From Candidatus Zambryskiibacteriota bacterium (GTDB taxonomy: Bacteria > Patescibacteriota > Minisyncoccia > Phycocordibacterales > WO2-35-19), in assembly GCA_043799105.1 (NCBI GenBank), contig JAZDOB010000010.1, positions 10,516 through 74,515 of the forward strand: DNA of 64,000 bases, written 5' to 3'. A program made the translations under genes and the position numbers. Shown in pieces: positions 9,584 to 18,854 of the stretch (positions are counted from its first letter, which is position 1; the number at the start of each line of letters is the position of its first letter). The notes beneath the pieces were generated by a model. That model saw only the letters and a list, made by a program, of their open reading frames with translations, ran no database searches and was not told the origin of the DNA.

Positions 9584-10618
9584 ATGAAGCTTCTAGTTAT
9601 AACGCAAAAAGTTGACAAAGAGGATTCGGTTCTGGGCTTCTTTCACGGTTGGATTATAGAATTTTCAAAAAAATTTGAAAAGGTTGTTGTTATATGTCTG
9701 GAAAAAGGGGAATACGAATTACCCGGAAATGTTAAAGTTTTTTCTCTGGGAAAAGAATCTAAAAAAAGTAAAATTAAATATGTAAAAAACTTTTTTAACC
9801 TAATTCTTGGTTTACATAAAGAATATGATTCCGTTTTCGTCCATATGAACCAAGAATATATCGTTCTGGGAGGATTTCTCTGGAAAGTTATGAGAAAGAA
9901 GGTATTTTTTTGGAGAAATCACCCGAACGGAAATATTTTTACCAGAGTGGCAGTTTGGTTTTCTGACAAAGTTTTTTGTACTTCTAAATTTGCTTTTGTC
10001 GCTGGATACAAAAAGACGAGTTTAATGCCAGTGGGAGTCGATATTGAAAGATTTAAAGATTTAAAGATTGAAAGATTAAAAAAATCAATCCTGTTTTTGA
10101 GCAGGATGAGTCCAATAAAGAGACCGGATTTGCTTATTGAAGCTCTGGAAATTTTAAATAAGAAAAATATAAATTTTGTCTGCGATTTTTATGGAGACCC
10201 ATTGCCCAAAGATGAAAATTATTATAATTTGCTAAAAAATAGAGTAAAAGAATTGGGTTTGGAAAACAAAGTAAGTTTTTATAAAAGTGTGGCAAATTAT
10301 GAAACGCCCAAAATTTATAACGAGCATAACATCTTTGTGAATCTGACACCGACAGGAAGTTTTGACAAAACCATATTAGAAGCAGCGATTTGCGGATGTT
10401 TGCTGGTCATTGCAAATAAATTTCTTGTTGGAGAAATTGATAAAAAAATGATTACGGAAAAAAGAACCCCCGGTGATGTTGCCAAAGTAATTGATTTTTG
10501 GCTAAATGCTAATGATGAGGAAAAAAGAAAAGTTTCGGAAGAACTCCAAAAATATGTTTTGGAAAATCACAGCTTGGATGTTTTAATGAATAAACTAGTG
10601 AAGCTGATTATTGTTTAA
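9584..10618 (+). CDS. Glycosyltransferase family 4
   Basis: GT-B features; TGSFDKTILEA. Confidence 0.85.
   Translation: MKLLVITQKVDKEDSVLGFFHGWIIEFSKKFEKVVVICLEKGEYELPGNVKVFSLGKESKKSKIKYVKNFFNLILGLHKEYDSVFVHMNQEYIVLGGFLWKVMRKKVFFWRNHPNGNIFTRVAVWFSDKVFCTSKFAFVAGYKKTSLMPVGVDIERFKDLKIERLKKSILFLSRMSPIKRPDLLIEALEILNKKNINFVCDFYGDPLPKDENYYNLLKNRVKELGLENKVSFYKSVANYETPKIYNEHNIFVNLTPTGSFDKTILEAAICGCLLVIANKFLVGEIDKKMITEKRTPGDVAKVIDFWLNANDEEKRKVSEELQKYVLENHSLDVLMNKLVKLIIV
10043..10080 (+). repeat. Intragenic 8-bp tandem repeat (att[g/t]aaag) x ~4.7
   Basis: attgaaag atttaaag atttaaag attgaaag attaaa. Confidence 0.7.
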
Positions 10619-10641
10619 GATCAACAAATTAAAGTCAAAAA

Positions 10642-11385
10642 ATGATTAATAACAAGAAAATAATTATAGTATTGCCAGCCTACAACGCAGCGAAAACACT
10701 GAAAGTAACACTTGACGCTATACCCAAGGGCATAGTAGACGATATTATACTTGTTGATGATGCAAGTAGTGATAACACCGTAGAAGTAGCCAAAAAGCTT
10801 AGTCTGAAAGTGTTTGTTCATTCAAAAAATTTAGGTTATGGCGGTAATCAAAAAACTTGCTATAGGGAAGCTTTGAAATTGGGTGCCGATATTGTCGTAA
10901 TGGTTCATCCAGATTTTCAATATGATCCGGTATTTATCCCGGAAATGATAATGCCGATAGCGAATAATGAATGTGATGCGGTGTTCGGCTCTAGGATGAA
11001 AATTCGCGGGAATGCTCTAGTGGGGGGTATGCCCCGTTGGAAATTTTTGGCTAATATTTTTTTAACCAAAATAGAGAACTTTGTTTTGAACAACAACTTG
11101 ACCGAATATCATTCGGGTTTCCGTGCTTATAACAGGAGAGTTATGATGTTACCCTTGGGTTTGAATTCTGACGATTTTGTGTTTGATACGGAAATTATTG
11201 TACAAATGAAAATCGCTGGTTTGAAAATTAAGGAAATTCCCATTTCAACTAAATATTTTAAGGAAGCATCCCAGATAAATTTTAAAAGAAGTGTTCAGTA
11301 TGGACTTTCCATTTTGAATGTTATGAAAAAATATCTGCTTTTTAAATACAAGATAATAAATTACGAGCAGTTTCAAATTCAATGA
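10642..11385 (+). CDS. Glycosyltransferase family 2 (polyprenyl-phosphate sugar synthase-like)
   Basis: VLPAYN, LVDDASSD, NLGYGGNQK, HSGFRAY, FVFDTEI. Confidence 0.9.
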   Translation: MINNKKIIIVLPAYNAAKTLKVTLDAIPKGIVDDIILVDDASSDNTVEVAKKLSLKVFVHSKNLGYGGNQKTCYREALKLGADIVVMVHPDFQYDPVFIPEMIMPIANNECDAVFGSRMKIRGNALVGGMPRWKFLANIFLTKIENFVLNNNLTEYHSGFRAYNRRVMMLPLGLNSDDFVFDTEIIVQMKIAGLKIKEIPISTKYFKEASQINFKRSVQYGLSILNVMKKYLLFKYKIINYEQFQIQ

Positions 11386-12461
11386 AGAATTTTTTAATAA
11401 AAAACAAATTTTTGGTGGCGATCATGCTTTTTGCCGTTTTAAATATTTTTGTTTCTTATTATTATATCGGATATAATCCCGACCTTGGGAAAAAAGATGC
11501 TTACGAATATTCTGAAGCTGCCAGATTTTTGCAGGGTAATTCAGCAAATGACAATATGCAGCTAAACAGAGTGTTGACCACACCGCTCTTCCTCTACTCT
11601 TCCATTTCTGTCAACTATTTTTTTAATGATTTCAGTTTAAGTTTTGCTACTGTTAATGTTGTTTTTTATTTTCTTTGTGTTTTTGTTTTTTATCTTCTGG
11701 CATTTGAAATATATAAAGAAGAAAAAGTGGCAATATTAAGCTCTATTTTAGTTTCCTCTAATTTTTACATGATAGATCCTGGCAATTTGCACCTAGCTGA
11801 TTTTGGCGGTTGGTTTTTCTTCATTCTCGGCACTTTTTTAGCCGTTAAATACATAAATACATTTAATAGAAAGTTTTATTATCTATCAATTATAGTTTCG
11901 GCAGTCGGTGTTTTATTCAAAGAATATGGCGGTTTGGCGGTGGGGAATTTAATTTTGCTTATTTGCATTTCTGATATTCCATGGAGACAAAAATTAAAGG
12001 ATGTTTTAATTGCTGTTTCTTTGGTTTTGGCGCCTATTTTGTCATTTCACATTTTTATTTATTTGAAATATCACTACTTGTATTTTGACAGATATGTGGC
12101 TGTCGGGCGGTATGTCTCTCTTGAGACTCCAAAGAATTTTATTCTGCTCGTAAAAATTTTGGGTTGGCTGTTTTCTTTTGGTTGGTTGGCTTTTTGTTAT
12201 GGCGCATGGAAGGAATTAAAAACAAAAGATAAGAGGCGAATAAAAATTCTACTGGCCATTTTACCCGTCACTTTAACATTTTATTTTTGGCCGTCCATCA
12301 CCCAAAGATTAGCTGTGATGTTTATGATGTGGTTAGCTCTTATCGCCGGTTTCGGACTCTCCAAAATAAAATGGTATTGGTTGTATTTGTTCTTGGTAAT
12401 CTATATTGTATTTAACTATAATATAGAATCTCTAATTAAAATAATTAACCTGCCTTTTTAA
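11382..12461 (+). CDS. Polytopic membrane GT-C-like glycosyltransferase
   Basis: Many TM helices, acidic first loop (DAYEY), GVLFKEY; lies between two GT2 genes. Confidence 0.65.
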   Translation: MKNFLIKNKFLVAIMLFAVLNIFVSYYYIGYNPDLGKKDAYEYSEAARFLQGNSANDNMQLNRVLTTPLFLYSSISVNYFFNDFSLSFATVNVVFYFLCVFVFYLLAFEIYKEEKVAILSSILVSSNFYMIDPGNLHLADFGGWFFFILGTFLAVKYINTFNRKFYYLSIIVSAVGVLFKEYGGLAVGNLILLICISDIPWRQKLKDVLIAVSLVLAPILSFHIFIYLKYHYLYFDRYVAVGRYVSLETPKNFILLVKILGWLFSFGWLAFCYGAWKELKTKDKRRIKILLAILPVTLTFYFWPSITQRLAVMFMMWLALIAGFGLSKIKWYWLYLFLVIYIVFNYNIESLIKIINLPF

Positions 12462-12471
12462 CCCATAAATC

Positions 12472-13188
12472 ATGTATAAAAATAAAAAAGTAAGCGTAGT
12501 TATACCAACCTATAATGAAGCCGAAAGCATCAGGGGAGTTATAGATGGTTTTTTTGAAACCGGTCTGGTTGACGAAGTGGTGGCAGTGGATAATAACGCT
12601 CTTGGAAATACTGAAGAAGAAATAAAAAAAACCAAAGCGACTTATGTTAAGGAAAGCAAAAAACAAGGATATGGTTTTGCTTTGATGAGGGGTTTAGAAG
12701 AGGCAAAAGGGGATTTGATTATAATGACGGAAGCCGACGGCACTTTCTTGTCCAAAGATGTTGAAAAACTTTTGTCTTACAGCGATGAATTTGACGCTGT
12801 CTTGGGCACACGCACTTCCCGTTCGGCTATCTGGTCCGGTGCCTTTATGCCTTTTCCTGTGCGCTTTGGCAATTGGTTGTGGGCAAAAATAATCGAAGTT
12901 TTATTTAATGGACCGGTTTTGACAGATGTTGGTTGCACCTATAAATTGATTTCTCGTAAAACTCTGGAAAAAATAAGACCACTGTTTCCAATGTCAAAAG
13001 GTGATGGCAAGTTTTCTCCAGAGCTTATGATTTGGCTTATAAAGAAAGACGTCTCCCTTATAGAAGTCCCCGTTATTTTTAAAGAAAGAGTTGGGCAGTC
13101 GATGTATACAGGCAGTACTTGGAAAGCGGCAAAGCTCGGGTTTAGGATGTTGCCTCTGATTATTAGATACAAATTTAGGAAAATATAA
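12472..13188 (+). CDS. Glycosyltransferase family 2 (DPM-synthase-like)
   Basis: VVIPTYNE, VDNN, QGYG, TEADGT, TDVGCTYK. Confidence 0.9.
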   Translation: MYKNKKVSVVIPTYNEAESIRGVIDGFFETGLVDEVVAVDNNALGNTEEEIKKTKATYVKESKKQGYGFALMRGLEEAKGDLIIMTEADGTFLSKDVEKLLSYSDEFDAVLGTRTSRSAIWSGAFMPFPVRFGNWLWAKIIEVLFNGPVLTDVGCTYKLISRKTLEKIRPLFPMSKGDGKFSPELMIWLIKKDVSLIEVPVIFKERVGQSMYTGSTWKAAKLGFRMLPLIIRYKFRKI

Positions 13189-13194
13189 AACAAT

Positions 13195-13226
13195 ACAGCT
13201 CGCTCCATGTTTTCGGAGCGAGCTGT
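13195..13226. terminator. Intrinsic terminator between convergent genes
   Basis: 12-bp stem acagctcgctcc / ggagcgagctgt. Confidence 0.75.
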
Positions 13227-13228
13227 TA

Positions 13229-13810
13229 CTAACTTGCCGGCTGACTGAAATTCCGCCGGATCATAAACTCAAGAACCGGTTTCCAGCGATAAGCCAAGAA
13301 GTCGGCGATAAGGTTAATCAAAAACCAGACTCGCCAGTATCTCTGAAACCACATGGGGTTTTTTTCGTCTGCTGCTTCCCAAGCCGGTACTGATTGGAAG
13401 CAAATTTCGGATTTTGGAAAAAAATATTTCCAAACTCGTTTGCATCGGCGCGAATGTGCCCCTTCAGACACAACGATTATCTTTTGTGTCGATCTTCTGG
13501 CTAAGCTTGTGGCCAATTTGATGATCTCGCATTCATCAGTGGAACTACTTACTTGGCCCACATAAAGGCTGTTTGGTAACACAACCCTTTTGATTTTTTG
13601 CTCAAGATTGTTGGAATTCTTTGAAAACGAACCCCAAGCAACTAAAGCTCGTGGGTATCGGTCAGATAAATTTCTGGCCAAGTCCATGACTTTTTGCGAG
13701 CTGTTCGTCAGACGATCCTTGGTCGCGGCGTATGAAATTACAGCAATAACGTCTGCTTTTTCGGGAAGTGGGTCATTTAAGGCCCACTTTTTAGCAAGCC
13801 ATTTAAGCAT
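13229..13810 (-). CDS. YdcF/ElyC/SanA (DUF218)-like protein
   Basis: ADVIAVIS, SSTDE, IIVVSEGAHSRRC; has its own promoter and terminator. Confidence 0.65.
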   Translation of the reverse strand: MLKWLAKKWALNDPLPEKADVIAVISYAATKDRLTNSSQKVMDLARNLSDRYPRALVAWGSFSKNSNNLEQKIKRVVLPNSLYVGQVSSSTDECEIIKLATSLARRSTQKIIVVSEGAHSRRCKRVWKYFFPKSEICFQSVPAWEAADEKNPMWFQRYWRVWFLINLIADFLAYRWKPVLEFMIRRNFSQPAS

Positions 13811-13836
13811 ATTTTCACCCTGCCTTTCTGTTGTAG

Positions 13837-13865
13837 ATTATAGCATACTCTGTTTAAAAATGCAA
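13837..13865 (-). promoter_or_regulatory. Sigma70 promoter for the DUF218 gene
   Basis: Minus strand TTGCAT-17bp-TATAAT with extended TG; purine-rich SD-like aaaggcagggtga before ATG. Confidence 0.7.
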
Positions 13866-13913
13866 GAGGTGTTTTATGTTTATTTTAGGCCATTTTTTTG
13901 ATAAACTTTTTGT

Positions 13914-15401
13914 ATGAATTTGAAGTTATTTATTTTGGAAAACAGAAAAAAAATAATCTTGTTTTCTATTTTTATTTTAGCTATCTTTCTAATTACATTT
14001 CATTTTACAGATACTCCGAAAGTTTGGATTGATGAGGGTATATTTACAAACATTGCGGAGAATCTTTCTTTGCACGGGGTTTATGGAATTCAGACAGAAC
14101 CCGGTTCCTTTTTTCGGTCTGCAACTTTATTTACCACAAACTATCCAGTTATTTTTCCTGTGGCTGCCTCTTTTAAACTTTTCAATGTAGGACTTTGGCA
14201 GGCTAGATTGCCAATGATTATTTACATGTTTTTGTTGGTAGTTATTTTTTATTTATTTGTAAACAAAAGATATGGTTTTTATTCCGCCATAACCTCAGTA
14301 TTATTGCTTGTTTCTTTTGCGCCTTTCTACGGTAACGGAAGACCGGTTCAAGGAGAAGTGCCGGGTTTGGTTTTTCTAATTCTAGGATCACTTTTTCTGG
14401 CATATCTAGAGGGGGTTAATTTTGAAAGTAAAAAGTTGGCCATATTTTCTGGTCTTTTTTTGGGTTTGGCAGCGGCAACCAAGACACTTTATCTACTATT
14501 GCTTATAGTGGCATTACCCCTGGCGTTAATTTTTTGTATTAAGCAAATTCGAGATAAAAAAAATATACTGTTATTGCTAGTAACATTTCTTGTTCCTATC
14601 ATTTTATTATTTAGAATCAATTATCCAACTTTGGATTCAATGGCACAAATTATTCCAACTATTATTCACCAATCAGGTAATAATGGCGCTTCAACCATGT
14701 CTGATACTTCATTCTCGCTTTTTAATACTGTTATTGTTAATTTATCCAGATTTGTGAAAGAATCCACCCCAATTCTTTTTCTTTTTCTTTTTATTCCAGT
14801 CGCATTTACTTTTATTAGACGACATTTAAAAAAAGAAAATTGGAACATTAGTATTACTGACTACCTAATTTTTTTTGTTATTGTTTTGAATTGGCTTGGT
14901 TACCTTCTTGGAACCGGCTGGTACCGTTATTTTTTTCCCGCTAATGTTTTACTATACTTATTTTTTCCAGTTTCTATTGTGACTATGGCGGGTTTTTTCA
15001 AAAAAGAGATATTTAAAAAAATTGCAATTGGGGGAGTTGTCATGTTGATTTTATTTCAATTTTTTCATTTAATATTTCTTTCAATCACTTCTTTCGTTTC
15101 TATAAATACGACGAATGTTGAAACATCCAAAGCATTATCCATTGTGCCACCAACTCAAAGAGTTTTATTTTATAACACGATTGCATCGGTTGTTTTATTA
15201 AAAGGGGGAAATTACTCTCAATATCTGACTTTGCCTGGACTGTTTGAATTAGGAGATAAGAATAGCTTAAACAATACTTCCAACGAGTTTATTTTTATTA
15301 GTAATAATGACGAAATGATCAATAAAATTCCGTCTTGTTATATAAAAACATCGACTGGCAAATATAATTTGTTCAAGAAAACAACCGGTTGCGATAAATA
15401 A
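13914..15401 (+). CDS. GT-C (ArnT/PMT-like) glycosyltransferase
   Basis: WIDEG first-loop motif, ARL, GEVPG, GLAAATK; multiple TM helices. Confidence 0.8.
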   Translation: MNLKLFILENRKKIILFSIFILAIFLITFHFTDTPKVWIDEGIFTNIAENLSLHGVYGIQTEPGSFFRSATLFTTNYPVIFPVAASFKLFNVGLWQARLPMIIYMFLLVVIFYLFVNKRYGFYSAITSVLLLVSFAPFYGNGRPVQGEVPGLVFLILGSLFLAYLEGVNFESKKLAIFSGLFLGLAAATKTLYLLLLIVALPLALIFCIKQIRDKKNILLLLVTFLVPIILLFRINYPTLDSMAQIIPTIIHQSGNNGASTMSDTSFSLFNTVIVNLSRFVKESTPILFLFLFIPVAFTFIRRHLKKENWNISITDYLIFFVIVLNWLGYLLGTGWYRYFFPANVLLYLFFPVSIVTMAGFFKKEIFKKIAIGGVVMLILFQFFHLIFLSITSFVSINTTNVETSKALSIVPPTQRVLFYNTIASVVLLKGGNYSQYLTLPGLFELGDKNSLNNTSNEFIFISNNDEMINKIPSCYIKTSTGKYNLFKKTTGCDK

Positions 15402-15421
15402 ATTCAAGAACCTCTCTGATT

Positions 15422-16294
15422 TTAAGGAAAAGATTTTAAAAAATATCTTGGGTTTATATGGAGATCGTCTGAAACATTTGCGCTTAATGATTCTTTTCGT
15501 ATCCACAAAAGTCTTTCTAACCCATCCAGTACAGCTTTTTTGTTAATTTTTGTGATGGCAGAGTAAACAACTTGAACAAAAATTCTTGGGACAGGAAAAA
15601 AAATAGGGGTTTTTTTCTTAAATTTACATATTCTTTCCACCACCTGTTTTAGTGATAAATTTTCTGGTCCCGTAAGTGTGTATGTTTTACCATAAGAGAG
15701 TTTATTATCAACAGTAGCTAAAATGCCAGCTCGCACGTCATCTATATGTATTGGAGCGATGGTTGTATTTTTGTCAACAGCATAAGGAACGACGAAACTT
15801 TTTTCAACGAGAGAAACTATTTTTCCAAGACCTTCTGCTCTAGTAAAACTTTCATCATATGCTTCACCAACCCGGATAATTGTGTAAGGGATTTTGCTAT
15901 TTTTAGTATATTCTTCGGCTTTTTCTTTTGATGCTCCATATGCTCCACACTGGCTTCCTATTGTTCGAGTGCTAATATAAATAAATTGTTTGGCATTTTT
16001 TTCTTCGGCTATTTTAACAAGTTTTTTTGTGCCAAGAGTATTTATTTTCTCATAATTTTTTGGGTTATTAGTGTGGGATATGGAAGCAAGATGAATAACA
16101 ATATCTATGGAGGGTATTTCTGTTTGCCAGGCTGAAATATCTTCCATTCCTCCGTTGATTACTTTAATTTCTCCAGATGTTTTTAGCGGTTTATTATGTT
16201 TAAGAACCGTAATGTCGTACACATTTTTTAGTTTATCTATTAAACCCTCGCCCAGAAAACTGCTTGCTCCAGTTATGAATATTTTCTTCCTCAT
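15422..16294 (-). CDS. NAD-dependent epimerase/dehydratase (SDR)
   Basis: ITGASSFLG, YGASK (YxxxK). ATG at 16294 preferred because of the ATGA overlap with the upstream gene. Confidence 0.85.
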   Translation of the reverse strand: MRKKIFITGASSFLGEGLIDKLKNVYDITVLKHNKPLKTSGEIKVINGGMEDISAWQTEIPSIDIVIHLASISHTNNPKNYEKINTLGTKKLVKIAEEKNAKQFIYISTRTIGSQCGAYGASKEKAEEYTKNSKIPYTIIRVGEAYDESFTRAEGLGKIVSLVEKSFVVPYAVDKNTTIAPIHIDDVRAGILATVDNKLSYGKTYTLTGPENLSLKQVVERICKFKKKTPIFFPVPRIFVQVVYSAITKINKKAVLDGLERLLWIRKESLSANVSDDLHINPRYFLKSFP

Positions 16295-17022
16295 TTTTTT
16301 AGAATTCTTGATTCTCTCATTCGCCAAACAATAATATTTTTTATAAACTCAATATTGGCTTTAAGGGAGATAAAAGAAGGACGCTCCGGATTTTTTTTAA
16401 ATACAACTTCCATTTCGCCGATACGAAAGTTATTTCGACTAGCTTTTATCATAATCTCGGCATCAATAAACCAGTCATTGGATTCCAGATTTAATTTGTT
16501 ATAGGCCTCACGTGTAAAAATTTTAGGCTTGCCGTTTATATCATTTGAAATAATTCCGGGAAATAGTAATTGCATAATTCCATTAAATATGCGGGAAATA
16601 AATTTGCGATATATCCCATCACCACGTAAAATTCGTTTTCCTTTACACAGATCTAGTTTCTCGTCCACAAGTTTTTTGTAAAGTTTTGGTATGTCTTCTG
16701 GGGGCATTTGATCGTCACCGTCAATTACGGCAATAGTGCTACCCGTGGCCGCTTCCAGTCCGGAGCGCATATCCCAGCTCATGCCGTGTGTCTTATCTGT
16801 TTTTTTCTTAATGACCGATATCGTTCTGTCTTCGCTTATTGCTATTTGGCGGACTACCTCTGGAGTAATGTCACCCTTATTGGCCCAGAAGTTGCCAACA
16901 AGAACTATTTCATAATCCAAGTTATTGTTCTGCAGAATTTTTGCTACTTTTTGGTAGAATACTTTGGCGAAGTTACCAGCTTTATAACACAATATAACCA
17001 CCGAGATTTTGGGAATTGTCAT
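16291..17022 (-). CDS. Glycosyltransferase family 2
   Basis: SVVILCY, IDGDDQ, DINGKPK, WFIDAEI. Confidence 0.85.
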   Translation of the reverse strand: MTIPKISVVILCYKAGNFAKVFYQKVAKILQNNNLDYEIVLVGNFWANKGDITPEVVRQIAISEDRTISVIKKKTDKTHGMSWDMRSGLEAATGSTIAVIDGDDQMPPEDIPKLYKKLVDEKLDLCKGKRILRGDGIYRKFISRIFNGIMQLLFPGIISNDINGKPKIFTREAYNKLNLESNDWFIDAEIMIKASRNNFRIGEMEVVFKKNPERPSFISLKANIEFIKNIIVWRMRESRILKK

Positions 17023-17113
17023 ATATATTAAAGTAATATATCATGAATTCATACAAATTTCATATCTAAAAAATTATCTTTATATAAAGTTGTTTTTATG
17101 GTAGCCTTTTTGT

Positions 17114-18841
17114 ATGAATTTTGAATTTTTACGTAGAAAAGAGCTGGCTTGGTTCATAGTTTTACTGGCCATTTTTGCGGTTTTACGTTTACCGGCAATT
17201 CATTCTCCCTATCATCAGGATGAATATAAGTGGGTGCAATATGCTCATCCAGAAATAACACTGCCCGGTACTGTGCCACATCCGCCATTAACGGAATTTA
17301 TTTATGCCAAAACTCTCGGGCCCCTTTTGGGCGATAGCAATTTTCGTTTTATTCCCTTGATTTTTAGCGTTGCCAACCTGTTTCTGATCTTTTATTTAGC
17401 CAAAATCATTTTTGACCCATTGGACAAGCTCAGAGCAAGCAAGACTGCATTTTGGACGGCTTTTCTTTTTGTCACTTCTTTTTACTCCGTTCTCGCATCA
17501 CTGATGGTTGATGTTGATGGGGCAATTATGCCGATGTTTTTCTTAATTATGGCGATTGGATATTTTAAGCTTAAGACTTCGGGTTTTGAGCTTAGAGAAG
17601 GAAATTGGAAGTGGTTGGTCTTGTTAATTGTTGGGGCCGTGGGCGGGTTCTTGATTAAAGTCAGTGCTGTTCTTCCCATTTGTGCACTCGCTTTGGATTT
17701 TGCCATAGAGAAGGGTGCGTTTAGAGATAAAAGAAAAATAATAAAATATATCGTCTTTAGTTTTTTGGGCGCGGTTAGTTTGGTTGCGGTTTTGTTTTTG
17801 GCAAGATTTGTTTTTCCATTCTTTAATCTGGAATACTCATTTAATTATTGGAAACATTTTGCAAATTCATCCGGTTTTTTTGATAGGGGATGGCTCCAGA
17901 CGTTTATTCAGTTTGTAAAGGCCATTCTTTATACCTCGCCACTCTTACTTTTGCCGGCATTTTTCATAGACAAAGAAATTTGGCGAAAACTTAGACCCTT
18001 CTTTTTCTTTATTTTCATTGGTCTTATGTTCTACCTTTTTGTTTTTGATTTTTCCATTGGAGCGTTGGACAGGTATTTCCAATTTTTAGTGGTACCCCTT
18101 TGTATTATTTCAGGGGCTGTATTTGCAAAGATATTTAGGAACAAAGAAATAAAGCTGAAGAAAGAAGATTTTATTACGGTATTTATAATAACAATTTCAA
18201 TTTTTGCTCTTCAGTTTTTCAATCACACCGTACCACCTCTTTACCCAAAAACAGAATGGCTAAGCCGACTTCTTTCTCTCGAATGGAATTTCCTTTTTCC
18301 TTTTACTGGTGGATCCGGACCTCTGGGTTTTTATATTTCTTTTATTTTTATGGCTCTGTCATACATTTGCTCTGCCGTTCTTGCGGTTGCAATATGTATC
18401 AAAAAAGAGCTGAAACATAAAGTTTTTGCTGTAATTTTAATCATAGGCCTAGTTTATAATTTCTCTTTTATTGAAGAATATCTTTTTGGCAAAATAAACG
18501 GTTCAGCTCCGAAATTACTTTACGATGTCACGGAATTTATAAAAAACGATCCAGATATAAAAGCTGTGACAGTTTATAATGATAACGGTGGCTATGAAAT
18601 AATGAAAATAGGGAAGTACAGAAGAAGGCTTTATACCAGCCCGGCTTTTGATGTAAATCAGAAAATATCCACATTGAACGCTACCAAAGATTATTATCTG
18701 GAAATAAATATTCCACGGATAGACCCAAACAGTGTTTTCCGGAAATATTTTGATTCGTGCAATGTCGCTTATAGAGAAACAGATAAAAGTATTTCTGCGA
18801 CAGTTTATGATTGTAGAAATGCTCCTGATATAAAAAATTGA
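17114..18841 (+). CDS. GT-C (PMT/ArnT-like) glycosyltransferase
   Basis: YHQDE and HPPL motifs, many TM helices, soluble C-terminal domain. Confidence 0.8.
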   Translation: MNFEFLRRKELAWFIVLLAIFAVLRLPAIHSPYHQDEYKWVQYAHPEITLPGTVPHPPLTEFIYAKTLGPLLGDSNFRFIPLIFSVANLFLIFYLAKIIFDPLDKLRASKTAFWTAFLFVTSFYSVLASLMVDVDGAIMPMFFLIMAIGYFKLKTSGFELREGNWKWLVLLIVGAVGGFLIKVSAVLPICALALDFAIEKGAFRDKRKIIKYIVFSFLGAVSLVAVLFLARFVFPFFNLEYSFNYWKHFANSSGFFDRGWLQTFIQFVKAILYTSPLLLLPAFFIDKEIWRKLRPFFFFIFIGLMFYLFVFDFSIGALDRYFQFLVVPLCIISGAVFAKIFRNKEIKLKKEDFITVFIITISIFALQFFNHTVPPLYPKTEWLSRLLSLEWNFLFPFTGGSGPLGFYISFIFMALSYICSAVLAVAICIKKELKHKVFAVILIIGLVYNFSFIEEYLFGKINGSAPKLLYDVTEFIKNDPDIKAVTVYNDNGGYEIMKIGKYRRRLYTSPAFDVNQKISTLNATKDYYLEINIPRIDPNSVFRKYFDSCNVAYRETDKSISATVYDCRNAPDIKN

Positions 18842-18854
18842 TAGAACTAAGTTT

